A stretch of DNA of 64,000 nt from Selaginella moellendorffii (Eukaryota > Plantae > Lycopodiophyta). Shown piece by piece: positions 50,623 through 62,934 of the stretch. Position numbers and translations under genes: made by a program. The number at the start of each line of letters is the position of its first letter. Positions within the stretch are counted from its first letter, which is position 1. The notes below the pieces were generated by a model. It made no database searches, had not been told where the DNA came from, and saw only the letters and a program-made list of their open reading frames with translations. The stretch covers positions 654,852-718,851 of the forward strand of contig NW_003314342.1 in the NCBI RefSeq assembly GCF_000143415.4. Reading direction: 5' to 3'.

Positions 50623-51219
50623 TGTAAGCAACCAAAGGGAACGACTCGAGAGACGATCCATTGGGGTTCAAATATAGAGGGAAAGGGCCCATGAACAAGA
50701 GTGCACCCCCTTTTCCAATCGGTTAAGGGTCTTGGGATATTTGGGGTTAAGCGTCCTTGGGTTTGAATAGTACTGGGCTGGGTGACCTCCCGGGAAGTCC
50801 AAACTCAGGAGCTTACATTTGGTATCAGAGAGGGTCTCGGGTCCGACTCTGTTGGTTGGCTTAGGGGAATCGCACCACATGTTGATTGACATCTGGCTGG
50901 TCCAGTTTGCTCCCACTGGGCTCGACCCGAGGGGTAGGGTGTCAAGAGAGCGAGGCTCTCGGGAGAGCTGCGGCTCTCAGCTTCCGTTCACGAGGGCGTG
51001 AACTTGCAGGGAAGCGTGGTGGATTGTAAGCAACCAAAGGGAACGACTCGAGAGACGATCCATTGGGGTTCAAATATAGAGGGAAAGGGCCCATGAACAA
51101 GAGTGCACCCCCTTTTCCAATCGGTTAAGGGTCTTGGGATATTTGGGGTTAAGCGTCCTTGGGTTTGAATAGTACTGGGCTGGGTGACCTCCCGGGAAGT
51201 CCAAACTCAGGAGCTTACA
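50623..51219 (+). mobile_element. Cassandra-type TRIM with 5S-rRNA-derived LTRs (195 bp each: 50623-50817, 51025-51219)
   Basis: TGTAAG..CTTACA termini; perfect TSD GCAAC; PBS TGGTATCAGAG; no difference seen between the two LTRs; 207-bp non-coding interior. Confidence 0.95.
50746..50800 (+). ncRNA. 5S rRNA-derived domain (Pol III A/IE/C-box region) in the LTR; second copy at 51148-51202
   Basis: GTTAAGCGTCCTTGGGTTTGAATAGTACTGGGCTGGGTGACCTCCCGGGAAGTCC vs plant 5S GTTAAGCGTGCTTGGGCGAGAGTAGTACTAGGATGGGTGACCTCCTGGGAAGTCC. Confidence 0.9.
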
Positions 51220-52149
51220 GCAACAACAAGAAGATCATAAAGACTGACTAATCTACTATGCAAGTTGAAGACTCAACTTAACCGAAATGAACTACACTAC
51301 AACTGAAAAAAAAGCTCTAGCAATGATCTACACACTCCAAAAGTTTCATTACTACCTACTCAATAACTTCCTCCACCTTCTCAACAAAACAATCCTTACC
51401 AGCAGAATTGCACAATAGTTCTTACTACTTCAAGAACATAACTTCGAGATCATCTATAAGCCTAGAAGAGAATATGAACACCTAAGCCGCATTACAACCA
51501 ATGAACAATTGAAACATAATATAAATGACTTTCTTGACTCCAATATCCTTTGAATCCACACATCACCAACCTAGATGGACAACATCTACTACTACCTCAT
51601 AACAACAACAATACCAAGTTGATATTCAACCTTTGACAAGCGCAAGTAATTTGTCTTGAAGACAAAACCATATTCAGTCGTGGGAAGAAAATTGTACAAG
51701 GAAGAGACAACATTTTACAAAGATGTGCAAACCCAAAAGAAACACAAGATTTACTTGAAGAAGCCTACTATGGATAAGTAGGAGGGTATTTTACTGAAGA
51801 AATCACAGCTCAAAAAATTTTACAAGTAAGACTTTGGTGGCTAACACTTTGGCACAACTAAGCCAAGTTCTATAAAAAATGTGACATCTACTAGTGAACC
51901 AAGTATGCACTAAAGAAATAAACTCAAGAACTTTATCCAAAAATTCCACTCAAACCTTTTTAATGATGAGGATTCGACTTTGTTGGTCCACTTATGACAA
52001 TCTCCAAGCAAAATTAGTACATTTTAATTGCAATAGATTATATGACAAAATGGGCTGAAGCTCAACCAATAAAGACTACTACAACAAAGAACACAATAAA
52101 GTTCATTTATGAAAACATCATCACAAAATATGGCTTACCTTGAGAACTC

Positions 52150-55100
52150 TGTGAAACACAAAATCCTTAGGCCCCAAAGTGGAGCCGGAAAGGGTGCCAC
52201 GTGCTAGTGGTCGAAGCGAAAGCCAAACGAGCATAACACGTTTGGACTAAAAGCTCCGACTTGGAAGGTCGAGAGCGGGAGTGGAACTCCCAACAAAGTG
52301 CTCGAAGAGCAAGCACGAGGCGGACCCGAAATGGAGTCCGATATGGAGTCTGAGATGGACCCGAAGTGGAGTCCGATATAGAGCCCGATATGGAGTCCGA
52401 TATGGAGTCCGAAGTGGAGTCCGAGATGGAGTCCGATATGGAGTCCGAGATGGACCCGAAGTGGAGTCCGATATGGAGTCCGATATGGAGTCCGAGATAG
52501 AGTCTGAGATGGAGTCCGAAGTGGAGTCTGATATGGAGTCCGAGATGGAGTCCGAGATGGACCCGAGATGGATTCCGAGATGGATTCCGAGAGGGCCCCG
52601 AGATGGAGTCTGAGATGGACCCGAGATGGAGTCCGAGATGGACCCGAGATGGAGTCCGAGATGGACCCGAGATGGAGTCTGAGATGGAGTCCGAGATGGA
52701 GTCCAAGATGGAGTCCGAGATGGAACCGAGACCGGGACCGAGACCGAGACCGAGACCGAAACCGAGACCGAGTCCGAGTCCGAATCCGGGACCGAGACCG
52801 AGTCCGAGTCCGAGTCCGAGTCCGAGTCCGAGTTCGAATACTAATACAGGCAGTTGGATGAAAGCCCAAAGTGATCGTCCCCCAGGGGGGGGGGGGGCTG
52901 CAGGGGGTTCCAAAAGTATAGTAGGGAGAGTGTGGGGGTTGGAGCCCAGTGGAGCCAATTTAGCCAGGAAAGGCCAGTTTGGCCCAGGCAGGCCAGACCC
53001 AGTGTTGGGTGATGAGCTGACCACTGGGAAGTCCAAGACTAGAGTGAACATGGACCGACAAGCTGGGTAGCTTGGTGAAGTGTTCAAGAGCCGGCTCTAG
53101 TTCCCCCGGGAGATCGACTGGCCGATGCTCCCAATCCAAGTGTGGGTGGCACTACTTACTTGGATACCAAGTGTGGCTCAACGGAACCTCGCTCTAAGCC
53201 CATGGCTAGAGCACCCAAGGGCGGAAGGCGGGGAGAGTACCCAGGTGGCTCGTGTAAGGCCACGGTGTTCTGAAATGTTGTCCCAAAGGCCCAGACGGTG
53301 GAAAGGAAGAGGAGCAGTCCTCTGGGGCAGTGACCAAGGACACAGTCGTGTGGTGAGGAAGTCCCAGAGGACCGTGGGACTTAGTGGTCAGGCCTGTGGG
53401 CCTCGATCCAGTGGCAGTGTTGGCAAACACGGTCAAGGGCAGAAAGGGACTTAGTGGGGACTGACAGAGGGATATTGGGGAAGGCTATTCCCCTTGTCAG
53501 TGGGCATCCTAAGGATGCTAAGGAGTGGATCTGAGATGACCACTCACAGATGGGTTGCCTAGTCTTGGAGAGCCAAGATTGTGATGCAAGTGGTATTGGA
53601 CTACCAGTGTGGCAAAGGGGATTGGGCATGGCCTTAGCGTAACAAGCTGCCATGTCGGTGGTACCTTTGAGTGTCAGTTATGGGATTGGACACGTGGAGC
53701 ACTTGGACCAAGTGCAATTGTTGAGTGGCATGGATGCCATTCTCGGGGCTAGCAAGTCCCAAGTCCTAAATTGGACTTATGGAGGTTGTGAATGAGACTC
53801 CTCCAAGTGGTCAGAGATGTGGTTAAGTGACTAAAGTAAAATGGAAAAATTAGTCGCTTACAACTTGGTATCGGAGCTGTTCCTTAGTCTGACTTTTATT
53901 GGTGCTCAAGTATATCACCATTGATGTTGGCATCGGAAGGTCTTAGGAGTGGGCCTATCCTTGAGGAGTAGCATGTCGAGAGGACATGGCTCTCCACTCA
54001 AGTTCATGCGTGAACTTGGGCACAATGTGGTGGATAGAAAAGGGCCAATAATAGAACGACTTTGGGATCTTGGGAACAGTATAAGGTCTCCTCAGAGAGC
54101 TGAGGATGTGATCCAAAGGAGCATTTGATGCAGCAAACGGGCTAACGTAGTTGTGATAAACAACTATAGTTGGGATCACGGGAAAGATGTAGACTCCAAA
54201 ACAATAAAGAAGTCACAAGATTATCCTTATATAGTTGAGGTTGGTGCTCATGAATGTGAGACCAGAGGTAATGACCATGGGAGGTCAAATACGGAAGAGG
54301 ACTCAAGTCCTTGAAATGGTAGCCGGGGCTACCTTTAATAAATGCTGGAACAACCCAAAGAGTTGGGGGGTGTACTTAGAGATGAGTTGGTATTCTCATC
54401 ACATGGACAAGTAGTCCTAAGGGGCAAAGGTTGCCCCTAGAGAACAAAATCAAGTGTCAGAGTAACACTTGTGAAAATAGTCCTTTTGAGTAGGACAGGA
54501 ATGCAAGAAGTGTATTCCAGTGAGCTAGTGCCTCACAAGTAGGACCTTACGGGTCTGTGGATTAACCAAGTCCAAAACTGCTGGATGACTCAAATAGAGT
54601 TAAGGAATGGTCCTAAAAGGACTGATGGAAGCATTTGGACTGAGGTGGGTGGTACCCCACGAAGGATGGGGGGGGATCATAGGATCCAAGGATGAGAACA
54701 GAGGGTATTTCATCGATGGCAAAATATGCCATGCTAAAGTCGTGGGAAAGGTGTTCCCAAAAAGAAAACAACTTTGACACAAAGTTGTGTGTGACCTCTA
54801 TGGTGTAGTGCTAACAGATGGTTGGTATGAGAAAGAGCAGTATTGGTCTTGGCAAAGACTTAAACACAAAGAAGAAGTGTCATAGAGGTAGGCTCGTGAA
54901 GCCGATGGTGTGGAGACACCAAATGTGCCAAAGTGTGATACCTTGAGGCTATGTTGGTGGGTTCATGAGAACCCCTTACCAAAGGAATCCCAATGGAAAT
55001 GGGAATGGCATAGCCTAAGCGGCAGAGCATGCAGTTGGAGTGTGGTGACCCAGATAATGATGGAGGTGTGGAAGCACCAGCAATGAGTTGTAGGACTTGA

Positions 55101-58100
55101 CAACTATGAGGCAATTAAGCAAGAGGTGCAAAATAATTGGTTAAACGAGTAGAAGGTAGCTACCCAAGCCTTCTTAATGGCATAGGGAAGTTGGACGTAC
55201 CCTTACGGGGGATATGTTGCGATATAGTAAGTCAATGTCATAAAAGGAAATACTCATTGTCAAGGAAGCCATTATTGGGACACCCGAACACTCTAGAACA
55301 CTAGGAGGTGATGTTTGATGTCGCAAGGGTAATAAATAAGGCCCAAGGGACTAAGTCCCTAGCGAATGATGGATAGAAGGTGCTATCCAAATGTCCAAAG
55401 GTGGCGGAAACAGGAGAAGACTGTCTACTCGAATTGGACAAAGCCAAAAATGGAATTTTGGCAAGGCTAGCGATGGGCATGCAAAGGCCCGTAAGGAACA
55501 ATGTAATCCCGGTGTGTGGGATTATAGGGTGAGCATACCTGGATTGAGGAACCACTCCCTAGGCTATTGGGTAAGTTCATCCCTAAGAATACTTGTTAAG
55601 GCATGATAGAAAGTGCAAATCTATCCTCCTGGTCTGAAAGAGAATGACCAAAAGAAAGGTGTGAAGCCAAAAGCAAGAAGTAAGGGGATAGAACCGAACC
55701 ATAGGAATCGAAGGGCATAACCAAGGTTGGTTATGCCAACTGGGAGTGGAGAATCAAGTGGGGGCTCGAGGGTGTTGCCGCTAGCAACCGTGATGCCATG
55801 GAGAGTCTAAAATATGGAATTATCCATGTTAGACTATATGGTAATTGGAAAGCTTGCAAAAAGAGAGGCCTTAGCAAGCTAAGGGACAAAGTTCCTTCAA
55901 GTTCCCAAAGAGGATTCTAGGTAGCTTAGTACCTAGAAAGGCCAAGCGTAAATGGTTCAAGGAATGCGCGAAATCGGAGTGGCACAGCAGAAGCGTGGTC
56001 TTGAAGCTTGCCATGAGGCAAGGCTATCAAGGTTAGGGAAGTAGTTCCCGAGTGTTCAAAGAGAAGGCTTTGAACGAAAGTCGATGATCAAGGGCTTTCA
56101 CACTTGTGCAGAAACCATGTTACAGTGGTCGGAGGACTTGCCAAAGCGAGATTGGCAAGTCAGGGGAACAAATACCCTAGTTGAAAGTGATAACTTCAAA
56201 AAGGGTGGGCCATGGGGCCAAGCATGGAGGAGTCCATGCATGATCACAGGCTTGTCAAGTGAGAAGACTTGGCAGTGGGGAGGAACTAGGTTCCTAAGCT
56301 GTGATTTATAGCGCGCTTTGAGTATAAGTTGGTGCACCAGTGTGGGGAGTCACGCCAGGCATCCTAGGTGATGCCGTCCGTAGATGCATATACGGAGGTT
56401 GGGTTCGAGTCCCGACCCTCTAGTGCTTGGGTTCGAGTCCCAAATCACTAGGGCGTGGTGATGGTTTGGAATATGAGGACACTCATATTTCGGTGGTCAT
56501 GGACTGTCAATGAGGAGATTGGCTTGGGCACATCGCTAAGTGGGGGATGCCCCGGAGTCGTGAGGCACGGTTAGATTGCTTAGTGTGGCTCAGCATATCT
56601 AACTTGAACACTTTGGTGCCAGTGGCATCAAGGACGTGGTGAATGAGATGGGGACACCCAGTCTCAGTTGCTATGGACCCTTGGCCAGAAGGGCTGGCTT
56701 GGGCGCACCGCCAAGTGTGGGGGATGCCCCCGGGGTCGTAGTTAACAAGCTAAAGGTCTGGAAGATCTAGTACCTATTGGCAAACCTGTTAAGGTGTCGA
56801 GGTGAGATCACTAGGTGATCTTGTGGCTAAATAAGGACAAAGTCCTTGTTTGGGCTAAGGAATAAGGTTCCTAGTTCAAAGTGTTGATTTGAACTATTGA
56901 TGATGGTGTGGCTTGGTCAAGGTGACCAAGTGGGAAAAGCACCTTAGGGAAATGAGCTATGTCATTGCGATGGCATAGTGTGTCCAAAGAAAGTAGTCTC
57001 TAAAGAGACCCGTGGGAGGGTCATAAAGTTGGGTCGTGGATAAGCCCACAGCAGAAGATGCTAAAGAGACTTACTAGGGGTGAACACCCTAGTCTTGGCA
57101 AAGCAGAGCCTTTGTTATAGAATCAAAAGAATACCTCAAGGAGGGAGGTAGAGATTCAGTGTTGCTTGGTGCAACAATCAACGGATAGGAGCAAAAGATG
57201 AGTGGCCAAGATAGAGCCGTGGAATCCCTTGGAAGGAATCCAAGTGGCAAAGTTAGGCGAGGAACACTAATGTGTTGGACACTAACAAATTGCGGGAAAG
57301 GAAGTGTGTTTCCAAGGATGGATTCCGAATTGCTCCGATTTGGCGAAAGTGGAAGCTCCAAGGGAGGGAGCGGTAAGGTAGCCAAATGATAGGGCCATGG
57401 ACAGCCCTAGCACAAAGTATGATAAATGGAACTTAGTGCCCAAGGTGGCACAAAATAGAAGAGAGGATGATGGTGCCCTCAAGTAATGAACTTCCTAAGT
57501 GGAGTTGCACAATCTGTGCAATGCAAGGTGTTGGAGACACTTAGGAAATTGACTTCCAAAAGTCAAAAAAGTAAAAGTTCCAAGGTGCAAACGTTCAATA
57601 GATGGAAATTGTGACTACTCAAGAAGGAGTAGTGGGATTGACTTAGAGAAGGGTCTCTAAGAGGTTTAGTAAGAACTAAACCAATAAAAGGAGAGAACCA
57701 CTACATGTGGTCCAATCAGTCTCTAAGTTGGAGAGACTACCCTCCTTAGAGGATAGGCAAGGCATGGTGAACCTTTGGTGTCAAACCATTGAGGAATATG
57801 CAAAAGGCATGGTGAGCCTTCAATGTCAAACCATTGACGAATATGGAGAAAGCATGGTGAGCCTTCAATGTCAAACCATTGACAAATATTAGCTAGGTGC
57901 CAAGGATGGAAATGGTAATGCATGCGGGTGTTACTTTATAAAATGGTTTACCGTTCGATGAGGACATCAAACTTCGTCTATGGGTGGTGGAGTTGTGAGA
58001 CACAAAATCCCTAGGCCCCAAAGTGGAGCCGGAAAGGGTGCCACGTGGTAGTGGCCGAAGCGAAAGCCAAACAAGCATAACATGTTTGGACTAAAAGCTC

Positions 58101-59727
58101 CGACTTGGAAGGTCGAGAGCGGGAATGGAACTCCCAACAAAGTGCTTGAAGAGCAAGCACGAGGCGAACCCGAAATGGAGTCCGATATGGAGTCTGAGAT
58201 GGACCCGAAGTGGAGTCCGATATGGAGTCCGATATGGAATCCGAAGTGGAGTCTGAGATGGAGTCCGATATGGAGTCCGAGATGGACCCGAAGTGGAGTC
58301 CGATATGGAGTCCGATATGGAGTCCGAGATGGAGTCCGAGATGGACCCGAAGTGGAGTCCGATATGGAGTCCGAGATAGAGTCCGAGATGGAGTCCGAAG
58401 TGGAGTCTGATATGGAGTCCAAGATGGAGTCCGAAATGGACCTGAGATAGAGTCCGAGATGGAGTCCGAGATGGACCCGAGATGGAGTCCGAGATGGACC
58501 CGAGATGGAGTCCGAGATGGACCCAAGATGGAGTCTGAGATGGACCCGAGATGGAGTCCGAGATGGAGTCCGAGATGGAACCAAGACCGAGACCGAGTCC
58601 GAGTCCGAATCCGAATCCGAGACCGACTCCGACTCCGAGTTCGAATACTAATACAGGCAGTTGGGTGAAAGCCCAAAGCGATCGTCCCCCACGGGGGGGG
58701 GGNNNNNNNNNNNNNNNNNNNNNNNNNNNNNNNNNNNNNNNNNNNNNNNNNNNNNNNNNNNNNNNNNNNNNNNNNNNNNNNNNNNNNNNNNNNNNNNNNN
58801 NNNNNNNNNNNNNNNNNNNNNNNNNNNNNNNNNNNNNNNNNNNNNNNNNNNNNNNNNNNNNNNNNNNNNNNNNNNNNNNNNNNNNNNNNNNNNNNNNNNN
58901 NNNNNNNNNNNNNNNNNNNNNNNNNNNNNNNNNNNNNNNNNNNNNNNNNNNNNNNNNNNNNNNNNNNNNNNNNNNNNNNNNNNNNNNNNNNNNNNNNNNN
59001 NNNNNNNNNNNNNNNNNNNNNNNNNNNNNNNNNNNNNNNNNNNNNNNNNNNNNNNNNNNNNNNNNNNNNNNNNNNNNNNNNNNNNNNNNNNNNNNNNNNN
59101 NNNNNNNNNNNNNNNNNNNNNNNNNNNNNNNNNNNNNNNNNNNNNNNNNNNNNNNNNNNNNNNNNNNNNNNNNNNNNNNNNNNNNNNNNNNNNNNNNNNN
59201 NNNNNNNNNNNNNNNNNNNNNNNNNNNNNNNNNNNNNNNNNNNNNNNNNNNNNNNNNNNNNNNNNNNNNNNNNNNNNNNNNNNNNNNNNNNNNNNNNNNN
59301 NNNNNNNNNNNNNNNNNNNNNNNNNNNNNNNNNNNNNNNNNNNNNNNNNNNNNNNNNNNNNNNNNNNNNNNNNNNNNNNNNNNNNNNNNNNNNNNNNTGA
59401 GATGACCACTCACAGATGGGTTGCCTAGTCTTGGAGAGCCAAGATTGTGATGCAAGTGGTATTGGACTACCAGTGTGGCAAAGGGGATTGGGCATGGCCT
59501 TAGCGTAACAAGCTGCCATGTCGGTGGTACGTTTGAGTGTCGGTCATGGGATCGGACACGTGGAGCACTTGGACCAAGTGCAATTGTTGAGTGGCATGGA
59601 TGCCATTCTCGGGGCTAGCAAGTCCCAGTCCTGAATTGGACTTATGGAGGTTGTGAATGAGACTCCTCCAAGTGGTCGGAGGTGTGGTTAAGTGACTAAA
59701 GTAGAATGGAAAAATTAGTTGCTTACA
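52150..59727 (+). mobile_element. Family B copy B3; LTRs 52150-53862 and 57994-59727 (the latter spans an N gap)
   Basis: Perfect TSD AACTC; same PBS and PPT; splits the integrase core (YGLP..|LITDQGTHF) of element C. Confidence 0.92.
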
Positions 59728-60199
59728 AACTCATCACTGATCAAGGAACACACTTCATCAATGAAACCATCAAAATTCTGACTCAAAAATTCACTATTCA
59801 GCACAAGGCATCAACACCATACTACCCTCAAGGCAACGATCAAGCAGAGTCTACAAACAAGACACTCAAAAACATCCTCATGAAAATCGCGAAAATAAAT
59901 CAAAAAGACTGGGACGATCACATCTACAATGCCTTGTAGGCATATCGAACCACATATAAAGTTTTAACAAATTCAACACCATTCAAGCTCATTTACGGCT
60001 TTGAAGCTTTGACACCACTCAAGTACATCGTTCCATCACTATGAATGGCAATACAATACAAAATCAACCAAGAAGAATCGATCAAAAGAAGACTAACCAT
60101 GCTAAAACAATTTATTGCTAACTGAGATCCTTTGACTATCTCATTTTGAAACTTTGGAATGCTCAAGGAGTCTTTTCTTACTCAGCAAAGATGTTGCTT

Positions 60200-62880
60200 C
60201 ATATGATGGCAGACTAACTATTATCAAACAGTTCTTTTGATAGAGTTATGCAATCTCATGTGCGAGGCACTACTTTGATGATGTCTTACGACTAAGGAGG
60301 AACATGAGATGCATGTGAGGCAAATGTTACCACTATTGAGGGAGAACAAGCTGTATTCTAAACTGTCAAAGCGTGAGTTCTTCTTGGAGGATCTCGGACA
60401 TGTGGTGCCACGAGATGGTGTGCAGGAAGATCCTCCAAAGACTCAGATAGTTGTTGACTAGCTTGTTCCCCCTACTGTGCATGGGTTTCCTTGATATGGT
60501 GGGAGTCTTTTGCTGGTTTGTGAAGGACTTCTCCTTGATTGCTGCTCCTTTGATGGATATTCTTTGAAACACCACCAAGCATGTTAAGTTGGTGTGGGGT
60601 GAAAGTGTCAAGAAGCATTTGAGCAGTTAAAGCAATCATGTATATTCTATAGATATTTGCTTGTGATAAGCCACTTGTGGTAGAAGGCTAAGGCTCACAC
60701 TATGGAGTCTATGCGTTCAAAGGGTATGGCTCATGAGTCCCTTTCTCTTTCTGATCCTAGTGAGGCCATGGGTGTTAGTGTGGACCAAGGAGAGAATGTA
60801 TCTACTCATGTTCTAGCTGACACTGCTGTCACTAAGCTTTCTGAAGGAGTGAAGAAGAATTGTATCAACTCATTTGAGCTGTATGGTTGTTTGTGCAATG
60901 CGTCCAAGTGCTCAATGTCCTCTTTGACTCTGGTGCTACGCATACTTTCATTAACAAGGCTAGTGATGAGGGTATAGGAGCTGTCTTGGTGCAAGACTGC
61001 TGTCCTATTGCCTACATAAGCCACAAGTTTGACGCAACTTCCAACTCAGGATAGGAAGTTGTATGTTGTAATTGTTGCGGTCAAAGAGTGGAGGCATTAT
61101 CTGTATGGTTTGGATTTTTCATGTGGATAACTTTACCACTTATCATCACTCACCAGATGGAGCTTCGAGGCTGGCTAGCTCATTGACCGGAGTTTTTTCA
61201 GGCAATGGATGTGCAGATTCCAAACCACAGGGTCAGTTTATCTCGGGGGTTTAAGGTGACAAAAACCGATTTCCCCATGGATTCCCGAGTAAAAGTCAAA
61301 GGGTAATTTTGACCGCAGATTACTTGTGAATTCAGAAGATTGATGTTTAAAGCAAAGTTGCTGGGTTTTCCAAGATCTACAACTTTTCTTTAAAACAATT
61401 TTCCTGTTTCTGAAAGGAGTAGACAGTAAAGGTGGTTGTTTCTCCATTGTCTAGGATGGGGAACTCTATCTCGTTTGGGAAGCTCTCCAGTGGTTTGCTG
61501 GATGAAATTAAGGAGCTTGCTGACTTCGACTCCTTTGTAATGAAGGCACATGCAGTTGTTTTGAAGGGGGATGCCTCTTCCAATACAATTGTGCTTCCTT
61601 CGATGTATGAGATGGTTTCCTAGTCAAGAGGAATCGGGCTATGGTTCCTAGAGATGATGTTCTAATGCAGTAGATTCTGTAAGAGTGTCCGTTGCACCAA
61701 GTGCAGGACATCGAGGACATGTGTTCTGGTAAAGATGCATTTAATTTGGCCTGGAATGAAGTCAGGTGTTAATAAGTATGTGCACAGTTGTTAGACCAGC
61801 CAGGCGGTCACAAAGGATTGTCAAAAGCATGAAAGTCTCTACCATAGTTAATCTCAGTAGAAGTGGGGTAGCATTTTCTATGAGTTTCATAGTAGGCACT
61901 TCAAGGCAATGATACTATCTGGGTTATTGTGGATTGTGTGATGATGTTAGCTCACTTCTTCCTTGTGAAGACAAATGCTAAGGCGTTTGACCTTGCTCAG
62001 CTGTATTTCTCTATGGGCTGCCTAAGGATGTTGTAAGTGATCAAGATCCCACGTTCACTTTGGAGTTTTGGCAGACAGTGTTCCAAAAGCTTGAGACAAA
62101 GCTGAGTATGAGCATCCATAAGGACAAACAAAATGAGTTAATTAGGTGCTGGAAGACATGCTGAGATCATTTGTTGGTCATCTGAAGAGGCAAGTATTTG
62201 GGAGAAGTACCTGCCTTTGTTAGAGTTTGCCCATAACTGTGCCTTCCATTTGGCTATTGAGATGGCTCCGTTTATGGCAATGTATGGCTTTCAACCTCGG
62301 TCCCCTGTTGGTATGAACTTGGCTTCTCTTAAGGTGCACCAGGCAAAGGAATTGGCTGATGAGCATCATCAGCACAAACAGTTTCAGGTTGGAGACAGGT
62401 TTTCCTTCGGTTGTCTGAAGCTCAGTGAGCTCTTTAAGGTGGAGGTAGTTCTAAGTTGTCACCACAGTACTATGGGCCTTGGATTATTCTCAAACAAGTT
62501 GGAGACCTTGCCTATCAACTAGACTTGCCTAGTGGTGTGAAGATTCATCCCGTCTTCTATGTAGGGAAGTTGAAGGCGTGTTTGCATTCTGGTAATATCT
62601 TGGACCAGTCTGCAATCAAGATTCCAGAGATAGATGTTTGAAGGTTGGCCCTACTTGTGTGTTATAGCAACGGCTAGCATCCACACGTCGTAAGACTTGG
62701 AGAGAGTTACTTGTTCAGTGGAATGGTTATTCTCCATATGATGCTACATGGGAAGCTGAGGATGATGTTGTTTCCTAATTTTGAATATGACTTGGATGAC
62801 ATTCCAGAGGAAGAGGAGAAGTAGTCGCTTGCTCCTATCCTTTCTTTTCTGACCCCGTTGATGGCTGGAGGTGTTGTGTC
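60200..62880 (+). mobile_element. Decayed chromovirus-type Ty3/gypsy pol (RT-RH-IN-chromodomain), element D
   Basis: EHEMHVRQMLPLLRENKLYSKLSK, YLPLLEFAHN, QYYGPWIILKQVGDLAYQLDLP..IHPVFYV, chromodomain ELLVQWNGYSPYDATWEAE. Confidence 0.85.
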
Positions 62881-62934
62881 ACGTGAGACAGTTAGTGGTT
62901 TTGTTAGCGGGATGCTTTGCTAGCTTCTCTCTCC

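Larger units (their letters stand above)
48400..60110 (+). mobile_element. Decayed non-chromovirus Ty3/gypsy element C (gag-RT-RH-IN), hosting Cassandra and B3; LTRs not identified
   Basis: gag FPFTLKRKALAWY and zinc knuckle WCTKCKNKGHILTKC; RT HLQCLEKCF..LNLDKCIF; IN STPYYPQGNDQAESTNKTL, DWDDHIYNAL*AYRTTYK. Confidence 0.82.

Noticed and set aside
50746-50800. Functional 5S rRNA gene
   Set aside because: Only the ~55-nt central part is present, embedded in TSD-flanked LTRs.
32129-59519. Long ORFs (200-500 aa) on both strands of family B LTRs (SISDSISG/HLGL/MESE/RWSP repeats)
   Set aside because: They arise from stop-free tandem repeats and N runs. The frame is not kept between copies and no domain is recognisable.
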